From an uncultured virus (IMG/VR IMGVR_UViG_3300037508_000348) (lineage: Duplodnaviria; Heunggongvirae; Uroviricota; Caudoviricetes), in the IMG/VR virus record IMGVR_UViG_3300037508_000348: a stretch of DNA of 64,000 nucleotides; one strand, given 5' to 3'. The notes beneath the pieces are model-generated. The model was not told the DNA's origin. It did not search any database and saw only the letters and a program-made list of their open reading frames with translations. Below, piece by piece: positions 57,217-64,000 of the stretch. The position numbers and the translations under genes were made by a program. How positions within the stretch are numbered: the first letter of the stretch is position 1; every line of letters starts with the position of its first letter.

Positions 57217-59595
57217 ATGCTTCAGAAATTGCAAATGAGGCCCGGAGTTAATAGGGAGTCAACATCTCTTGCTAACGAAGGGGGGTGGTATGCCTGCGAT
57301 AAGATTCGCTTCCGTTCAGGTCAGCCGGAAAACATCGGTGGGTGGACGTTTGCTTCAGATGATGTATATCTAGGGGCTTGTCGTGATCTGACTGAGTGGG
57401 AGTCTCTAGCCAATTCCGGGGTGTCTTTCACTCTGCTGGGCATGGGGACTAACCTCAAATACTACATCGACTCCAACCAAGTCTTTTACGATATCACACC
57501 CATAGCAGACTCTTTTGCTGCGGGCACGGTGTCCCTTGATACCATCTATTCAACGCTCGCTTCCTCGATCAGTGCTACTAGCACGGACATTACTCTTGTC
57601 TCGGGTACGTCTTTTCAAAGAGCTTATCCTTTGGTCATCACCATTGGTTCAGAAGATATCTTTGTTCAGAATGTCAGTGGCAATACTCTCACTGGCTGCT
57701 CACGAGGCTATAACGGCACTACAGCGGCGGCGTACAATTCAGGCGTTGCTGTCACCAGTCGATGGTTGATCCTTGCGGCTACGGCTCATGGCTCGGGTAC
57801 AAATAACTTCGTCACTATAGGTGGGGCGACTGCGTTTGGGCCTTACACTGCCGCGCAGTTAAACAAGAACTTTCAGATCAAAGCGTTTACTACCAATTAC
57901 GTAGCCGTAGATGTTGGGGTACTGGCAACGTCGGCTTTAACGGGGCAGGGCGGTGCGGCTATCACCGCAGAGTTTGAGATCGACACGGGGGCTGAGTTTT
58001 CTACCCAAGGCGCAGGGTGGGGTGCGGGGGTTTGGAATGCTATGGTCTACAACGCGGGGCTCAGCACGGTAGCGGAAGAAGTAGATAACACTGAGACGAC
58101 AATCACTCTAGCCGATGCTTCGACCTTTCCGACTTCGGGGTATGCACTGCTCGAATCTGAAATTATTCAATACTCCGGTAAAAGTGGCAATGACCTGACC
58201 GGGTGCATACGCGGAGCGCCTTCAAGCACAGCGACCTTCCACCAGAACGGTACGACGATAAGAGGCTTGGTCTATCAGTCAACAACACCTAGTGCAACGA
58301 ATCCTGTTCGTGGTTGGAACACCCCCGCAGAGTTCGGCATCAACATTCCCATGCGCCTATGGAGCTCTGACTCGTTTGGTCAAGACTTGGTTTATAACAT
58401 TCGCAACGGCGGAGTGTACTACTGGGCGGCAGCGGCCAATCTTGATCCTACGGGCGAGGTTACGCTGCATAGTGGTGTGAACATTATTGATCTTCCCGGC
58501 GCGGATAGTTGGTCTCCTGAAGTGGGTGCCTATGCCTTTGTTTCTGAAGAACGACATATTGTGGTGCTAGGCACCAACGACCCCACAGCCACGGAACCTA
58601 GCGCTCAAGACCCATTGTTGCTTCGCTGGTGCGAACAGGAAGACCCGTTGATCTGGGAGCCAACACCTGTCAACACGGCTGGGTTTCAACGCATGGCCTA
58701 TGGCAGTAAGCTGATTACGGCTGAAAAGACTCGACAGGAAGTGCTGATTTGGAGCGATAGCGCGCTGTATTCCATGCGCTATCTAGGCCCGCCCTACACC
58801 TTTGGGTTCAACACGATCTCAAACGAAGTCACTCTCGCCGGTCCTAATGCAGTCGTCACTGCCAGCAACATCACGTACTGGATGGGCTTGGAAAAATTCT
58901 ATGTGTATTCTGGGCGTGTTGACACGCTCCCCTGCAGTCTGCGGCAGTACGTTTTTGATGATATTAACGAGTCGCAGTTGGATCAGGTCTATGCGGGCAC
59001 CAACGAAAAGTTTAATGAGGTATGGTGGTTCTACCCTTCGGCTTCCACTATCGGCGTGGACAATCCCACAAACGACCGCTATGTAGTCTACAACTACCTT
59101 GAGAAAGTCTGGTACTACGGTCAAATGCCGCGCACCGCTTGGTACGATTCACATATCAGAGCTTTTCCGCTGGCGACCAGTGGAGGCAGACTTTTGCTTC
59201 ATGAGAACGGTGTAGATGACTACACCACCAACCCTCCAACACCCGTTGACTCCTTTATTGAATCTTCGGATTTCGACATCGGTGAGGGTGACAACTTCTC
59301 GTTCATAAAGCGCATCATACCGGACGTAGACTTTATTGGGTCACTAACAAACACACCTTCTGTGACGATGACGGTATCGACGAGGAATTTCCCCGGTCAA
59401 GGCACTTTCACCTCCACAGATAGCGAAATAGTCTCCAGTAACAGAGTGTCACTGCAAGTGTACGATTACACGCACCAAGAATGGATTCGCCTGAGAGGAA
59501 GGCAGGTAGCCTTTAAGATTAGCAATAACTCTTTGGGTGTAAAATGGCAGTTGGGAGTCCCAAGAATCCAAGTGCAGCCAGACGGACGTAGATAA
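57217..59595 (+). CDS. Tail tubular/packaged-DNA stabilisation protein (P22 gp10-like)
   Basis: 792 aa; RPGVNRE..W..DKIRFR.G.PE..GGW; EVWWFYPS..RYVVYNY..R.RGRQ..DGRR. Confidence 0.7.
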   Translation: MLQKLQMRPGVNRESTSLANEGGWYACDKIRFRSGQPENIGGWTFASDDVYLGACRDLTEWESLANSGVSFTLLGMGTNLKYYIDSNQVFYDITPIADSFAAGTVSLDTIYSTLASSISATSTDITLVSGTSFQRAYPLVITIGSEDIFVQNVSGNTLTGCSRGYNGTTAAAYNSGVAVTSRWLILAATAHGSGTNNFVTIGGATAFGPYTAAQLNKNFQIKAFTTNYVAVDVGVLATSALTGQGGAAITAEFEIDTGAEFSTQGAGWGAGVWNAMVYNAGLSTVAEEVDNTETTITLADASTFPTSGYALLESEIIQYSGKSGNDLTGCIRGAPSSTATFHQNGTTIRGLVYQSTTPSATNPVRGWNTPAEFGINIPMRLWSSDSFGQDLVYNIRNGGVYYWAAAANLDPTGEVTLHSGVNIIDLPGADSWSPEVGAYAFVSEERHIVVLGTNDPTATEPSAQDPLLLRWCEQEDPLIWEPTPVNTAGFQRMAYGSKLITAEKTRQEVLIWSDSALYSMRYLGPPYTFGFNTISNEVTLAGPNAVVTASNITYWMGLEKFYVYSGRVDTLPCSLRQYVFDDINESQLDQVYAGTNEKFNEVWWFYPSASTIGVDNPTNDRYVVYNYLEKVWYYGQMPRTAWYDSHIRAFPLATSGGRLLLHENGVDDYTTNPPTPVDSFIESSDFDIGEGDNFSFIKRIIPDVDFIGSLTNTPSVTMTVSTRNFPGQGTFTSTDSEIVSSNRVSLQVYDYTHQEWIRLRGRQVAFKISNNSLGVKWQLGVPRIQVQPDGRR

Positions 59596-59599
59596 ATAG

Positions 59600-60022
59600 A
59601 TGAGTAAGTCAGGCAACGTCCCTCCCGCTCCGGTACTCCCGCTAGCTCCGCTAGAGTACGACATTCAGTTCCAGAATAATCTGGTGCGGCTGGTCAATTA
59701 CTTCATCGAACAGGTCAATAACCCCGGCGATGTGCGGTGCTCGTCGCTGGTTGTGGCTAACTTCAACCCGGATGGGAATGCGTTCTCTGCGGCTCTTCCA
59801 ACACCTATTGCAGCCACAGCTATGGTGGCGCTTTCGTACTATACTATCGTCACGGTAGGCACTACAAATTTCACACTGGTTGGCGCAGCAGACAACAACA
59901 TAGGCACCACATTCAAAGCCACAGGTGCAGCGACAGGCACAGGTCGAGTGATTACAGGCTCACCCCACGGCACGGTATGGCGGGACACCGCTGCAGACAA
60001 CACCCTAAAAATTATTCCTTGA
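59600..60022 (+). CDS. Hypothetical tail-module protein
   Basis: 140-aa ORF; P.LPLAP.EYD. Confidence 0.6.
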   Translation: MSKSGNVPPAPVLPLAPLEYDIQFQNNLVRLVNYFIEQVNNPGDVRCSSLVVANFNPDGNAFSAALPTPIAATAMVALSYYTIVTVGTTNFTLVGAADNNIGTTFKATGAATGTGRVITGSPHGTVWRDTAADNTLKIIP

Positions 60023-60032
60023 GGTTACGATT

Positions 60033-61256
60033 ATGAGTTACGGTGGCATAGGCGGTCTTCTTAGTTCAGTAGGTGGCATGGCCTTGACTCCTGCTTTGGA
60101 GACGTATATTCAGGATTATTTGAGTAAGTCTTTGGTAGATGCGGATTTACTTAAAGACTTAGACCCAGAAGAAAGAGAGATGTTAGGGAATGTCGCTGGC
60201 GGCACTCTAGGCACTCTACTCAGTACCGGACTCAATGCGGGCTTAGGATACGCTACGGGGGGTAAAGAAGGCGCAGCAGCAGGCGCAGCGCAAGGACTCA
60301 TTATGGGTGGCGGTGCAGCCCTTCAGCACGACAAGTTCAAAGAAACTATGGGCATGGGAGCAGCGCCTAATAAACCTGCACCCGGAACGGCTATGGCTAG
60401 CACCTACGGTATAAACGAAGACCCCACAAAGATCACAGGTGCTGAAGCATGGAATGAAGCTGCTAGGAAAGCGCCTGTACAAATAGGAAACACCTCGACA
60501 GCAGCCTCCGTACCAGAGGTTTCAAAAACGGTGGCGGTAACAGATAACACGAAGCCGGAAACGTCCGTAGGCGACAAGCCCGGCTATTTTGAATTAGCAG
60601 GCAAACTGGGGCTACCGGCTTGGACTATTGGTGCTGGGATCGGCAGTTCTATGGCCCGCTCAAACAAAATGCAGCAACTCGAAGAAGAGCGTAGGCGCAA
60701 AAAGCTCCAAGAAGAGCAGTACATGCAGAGCTTAATGGCCTCGCTGTATCCGGCGCAGCGCTTTAGCGAAGGGGGTATGACCGTCTCTTCCAATGCGGGG
60801 GCTCCTGCTTCTGTAACCTTTCCTGATTGGTTTATAGATGAGTTTGCGGGTACGGGCGGGTTAGGTAGTTATGCTTCAGGAGGGTATATCAACACCGAGC
60901 CGATGGACCCTGATACTGCTTATCCTCAGTCGATGATTCATAGGGCACGTCCCTATCCAGCCGCATCTCCCATACCGCACGAAGTTGTCAGTATGGAGAA
61001 AGGAGGTTTGCTAGAAGGCGAAGGCGATGGAATGAGTGACCATATCCCTGCCAATATAGATGGAAAAGAGCCTGTACGAGTAGCCGATGGGGAGTATGTA
61101 GTGCCTGCGAATATCGCGGAACGCTTTGGTGAAGAACGCTTACATGCTATGATGAACAAAGTCCGTAGCGCAGCCCATGCTAAAAAAGGTAAGCAAATTG
61201 TCGAGAATGCAGGCAAGCGGGCATTCATTCAAACCATGAGCCGAGTCAAAGCGTAA
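60033..61256 (+). CDS. Putative internal virion/ejection protein
   Basis: Gly/Ala hydrophobic segments; GEGDGMSDHIPA..VADGEYVVPA. Confidence 0.6.
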   Translation: MSYGGIGGLLSSVGGMALTPALETYIQDYLSKSLVDADLLKDLDPEEREMLGNVAGGTLGTLLSTGLNAGLGYATGGKEGAAAGAAQGLIMGGGAALQHDKFKETMGMGAAPNKPAPGTAMASTYGINEDPTKITGAEAWNEAARKAPVQIGNTSTAASVPEVSKTVAVTDNTKPETSVGDKPGYFELAGKLGLPAWTIGAGIGSSMARSNKMQQLEEERRRKKLQEEQYMQSLMASLYPAQRFSEGGMTVSSNAGAPASVTFPDWFIDEFAGTGGLGSYASGGYINTEPMDPDTAYPQSMIHRARPYPAASPIPHEVVSMEKGGLLEGEGDGMSDHIPANIDGKEPVRVADGEYVVPANIAERFGEERLHAMMNKVRSAAHAKKGKQIVENAGKRAFIQTMSRVKA

Positions 61257-61690
61257 TGAGCACAGAAGTTGCACCCGGATATATTATCCATGAGTTTGAT
61301 CTAAAACTCCAAGAGGCGCTTGCTAATGGAGAAGTCGCTCCGGGTGTACAAGAGATAACCCACTACCAGACTGATGACCTCTATGGCAGGCGATGCCGCA
61401 TACCTTCGGGCACCGTTGGAGCTACACTCGTTCACAAATATGACCACATAGCCATCTGCTTGTCGGGGACTGTGGTGCTAGTAGATCAAAACGGCGAGAA
61501 GCAAACTATCACCGCTCCTGCTGTAGTCATCACAAAAAAAGGCACACAACGGGCAGTCCTCGCTGTTACAGATGTTGATTGGGTAACTGTCCATCACTGC
61601 GAGAACCAAGACTTGGACAACATTGAGAGTATTCTGGGGTGTAAGACAATGGCCGAGTACCAGAATCTACTGACGCATACGGAGCACTAA
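61256..61690 (+). CDS. Cupin-like protein
   Basis: HY..LYGR..IPSG..HKYDH..G.QRAV..WVTVH. Confidence 0.6.
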   Translation: MSTEVAPGYIIHEFDLKLQEALANGEVAPGVQEITHYQTDDLYGRRCRIPSGTVGATLVHKYDHIAICLSGTVVLVDQNGEKQTITAPAVVITKKGTQRAVLAVTDVDWVTVHHCENQDLDNIESILGCKTMAEYQNLLTHTEH

Positions 61691-61691
61691 C

Positions 61692-62552
61692 ATGTCGCTA
61701 TTTGGAACATTAACCGCTATTGGGGGCGCTATTGCTTCTGCTGCTTCGGCTATCGGGGCACCTGTCGCTGGTCTTGCTTCTGCTATGGGGGCTTCTACAG
61801 CCACAGCGGGTACTATCGGATCAGTAGCAGGTTCAGCGGCATTAGGCTCGGCTTCAGGTGCTGCACTCACGGCTGCTACGGGGGGCGATCCGGGGCAAGG
61901 GGCTCTTTTGGGGGCACTCACTGGTGGCGCTACAGCGGGTCTTGGGGCATTGGGCGGCGCAGCCGCACCTGCGGGGGGTATAACAGGTCAAGCGGGTCAA
62001 GCGGCCACTGCAGCGCAACCGGCAGTCAGTGAGATCACTAAGGGAGTAGCCACTCCAGCATTTCAACAGGCAGCGGGCGGTATTCCCGGCGCGGCTCAAG
62101 TCGCAGCGGCAGAGCCTTCTGTTAGTGCTATAACTCAGGGTGTAGCTACTCCAGCATTCCAACAAGCATCTCAAACAGCGGCGGCTAATGCTGCAGGCAG
62201 CGGAGGTATTGGTTCTCTTCTTAGCAATAACACCGTTAAAGGTGTCGGCATGGACCTCGCCAAAGAAGGGATCGGAACGGGAATGGATAATATGCAACAA
62301 GCGCAGCGATCAGAAGAAGGGAGAAAACTTGCTCAGCAGGCAAGCATGGACTTTCAAGCGGAGCGAGATCAGCAGAGTGCTGATATACGAAACAAAGTGG
62401 GTAAGACTTTTAGCGGTATGAACTTTGCTCAGGGCGGAGAAGTCGGTTTGAAAGAGGGACAGTTCATTATTCCAGCCGATGTTGTCAGTGCGTTGGGCAA
62501 TGGGTCCACTAAAGCGGGTGCTAACTTCTTGGATGAGTTCTTCGGTGTATGA
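61692..62552 (+). CDS. Putative Ala/Gly-rich ejection (pilot) protein
   Basis: Long GA-rich hydrophobic N-terminus; duplicated P.VS.IT.GVATPAFQQA; FIIPADVVSALGNGST.AG. Confidence 0.6.
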   Translation: MSLFGTLTAIGGAIASAASAIGAPVAGLASAMGASTATAGTIGSVAGSAALGSASGAALTAATGGDPGQGALLGALTGGATAGLGALGGAAAPAGGITGQAGQAATAAQPAVSEITKGVATPAFQQAAGGIPGAAQVAAAEPSVSAITQGVATPAFQQASQTAAANAAGSGGIGSLLSNNTVKGVGMDLAKEGIGTGMDNMQQAQRSEEGRKLAQQASMDFQAERDQQSADIRNKVGKTFSGMNFAQGGEVGLKEGQFIIPADVVSALGNGSTKAGANFLDEFFGV

Positions 62553-62962
62553 GTTGGAAAGCTAAAGTCGTCCCTGCTGACTTTGCAAACGTAGTGTGGG
62601 ATGAGGTTGAAGGTTTCCTAGAGAGGTCCGTTCAGTATTCTTATGGGGAATTGACGCTAGAGGAGATTAAAATGCGTGTGCTAGATGGTACATGGCTTTT
62701 GATTGTGGCTATTGACGATTCTGATATAATTCGTGGAGCTTCTACTGTTACATTTTTTAACAGAACAGACAATCGCGTTGCTTATGTAACCAGCATTGGA
62801 GGGCGGCTTTTAGCTAACCTCGACACTTTTTCGCAATACTGTGACATTCTCAGACAGCATGGTGCTACTTGTATTGAAGGTGCTGTAAGAGATTCCCTGA
62901 TGCGCTTATGGGCTAGGCTTGGTGCCCATAAAAAAACCACCATTGTACAGATAGCGCTATAA
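62549..62962 (+). CDS. Hypothetical protein (possible acetyltransferase-like fold)
   Basis: 137 aa, ATGA-coupled; IEGAVRDSLMRLW pattern. Confidence 0.5.
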   Translation: MSWKAKVVPADFANVVWDEVEGFLERSVQYSYGELTLEEIKMRVLDGTWLLIVAIDDSDIIRGASTVTFFNRTDNRVAYVTSIGGRLLANLDTFSQYCDILRQHGATCIEGAVRDSLMRLWARLGAHKKTTIVQIAL

Positions 62963-62980
62963 ATTTACGAGGTCACTATT

Positions 62981-64000
62981 ATGGGCGGTCCTGCTATGTC
63001 TCCGGGTTCGAGAACCGAAACTACGGAAAAACCAAGTCCCTATCAAGAATGGTTGTTCAACGTCATGTCCAACCCCGGCTCCGCCCCTTCTACGGGGTTA
63101 CGGGTGTCAGCACGAGATGCAGCCCTTGGAGAGCAAGTTAACCTAGGCAATAAAAGTGCTATAAATAAAATGTGGGGGCGTAATGTTACCCCCGCTGATT
63201 TTGCTGCAATGCAGCGAGGCAGCACCGACTTTTATACCGGAAGAAAAGCCGCACAAGGCGGGCTGATGGCTCTGCGGGGGTACTCTTCGGGCGGTTCTCC
63301 AAAAGCAACAAATGCGCCCAAAAAGGACGCACCCAAAAAGAATGCCCCTGAAAAACAAAAACCCCCTGCTAAACCCAAGCTAGCCCCTCCTCCTAAAAAT
63401 GAAACCGCGCAGCAGCGTACTGATCGGTTGATGGCCTTTGAAAATGCGGGCGGAAAGCTAAACAAGCAGCAGAAAGACTACGTATCAAATTACACTGAGT
63501 ACGCCGGTAAAGGCTATCCCATAAACCCAAAGACGGGTATGCCCACTCCACCCAAACTTCCTTCCAACGCTACCAAAAAGCAGAAAGAAGAGGCGATGAA
63601 AAAGTTCACTGAGGCTACTCAGCTCGACGTGAATGATAAAGGCAAGTTAACTCCCAGTACGGGGGGCGATCCAAACAAAACAAGCTATACTATGGCCGAT
63701 GCCATGTTTGGGCAAACGGCTGGGTTTGACCCCGCGCTGTTAAGTGAAAACCCCGAAGTGCGCGATGCGGCTATGAAAAAGCACGGGATGACTTCTCCCT
63801 CTGGCGGCATAACCAACGAGTTTGGGCGAAAGGCCATTGATATGGCCCAGAATATGAAAATGCCCGGTGAGTTTGGGCAAGCCTCTGATATGTATCGAAC
63901 GGCTGGGGCTGGATTAGAGAGTCTGGCCGGATACAAACCGCAAGATGTCTCCTACCAAAATGCTTCGGCGGAAAGAGCCAGTGCAGAAAAAGCCGCCGCC
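62981..64000 (+). CDS. Putative ejection protein, 3'-truncated
   Basis: GAGG SD plus ATG 62981 (MGGPAMSPGSRTETTEKPSPYQ...). No stop was found in the parts translated, and its absence from the ORF track is consistent with running off the window end. Confidence 0.65.
   Translation, partial: MGGPAMSPGSRTETTEKPSPYQEWLFNVMSNPGSAPSTGLRVSARDAALGEQVNLGNKSAINKMWGRNVTPADFAAMQRGSTDFYTGRKAAQGGLMALRGYSSGGSPKATNAPKKDAPKKNAPEKQKPPAKPKLAPPPKNETAQQRTDRLMAFENAGGKLNKQQKDYVSNYTEYAGKGYPINPKTGMPTPPKLPSNATKKQKEEAMKKFTEATQLDVNDKGKLTPSTGGDPNKTSYTMADAMFGQTAGFDPALLSENPEVRDAAMKKHGMTSPSGGITNEFGRKAIDMAQNMKMPGEFGQASDMYRTAGAGLESLAGYKPQDVSYQNASAERASAEKAAA

Noticed and set aside
62995..63025. GGTTCGA T-loop-like motif suggesting a tRNA
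   Set aside because: It lies within a coding frame and no cloverleaf could be built.

Overview
The whole window is part of one tailed dsDNA phage genome (Caudoviricetes, podovirus-like layout). It appears circularly permuted: it opens inside a giant virion/ejection protein and ends inside another putative ejection-protein gene, so the genome is probably only modestly longer than 64 kb. The minus-strand arm (6.9-34.1 kb) carries replication genes (primase-helicase, SSB-like protein, SNF2-type helicase, Cas4-like exonuclease, family A DNA polymerase, VRR-NUC, ThyX) and a long array of small early genes. The plus-strand arm (34.7-64 kb, then 1-6.8 kb) carries terminase, portal, a GroES-like protein, scaffold, capsid, tail, lysis and ejection genes. 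No integrase, tRNA, rRNA or CRISPR array was seen. The most notable observations are: (1) a 327-aa intein in polymerase motif B whose HNH homing endonuclease is not in the intein frame but is a separate, fully nested +1-frame gene with its own Shine-Dalgarno (SD), both frames being open; (2) a second overprinted 53-aa gene with a perfect SD hidden in the +1 frame of the giant virion protein; (3) about 14 copies of a palindrome TTTTAGAC(N0-1)GTCTAAAA marking early-gene junctions and promoters; (4) a 12 x 10-bp array carrying TTGACA once per helical turn at the divergence point; (5) candidate RNA pseudoknots in late 5' UTRs. All family calls come from motif recognition by eye, not database searches.
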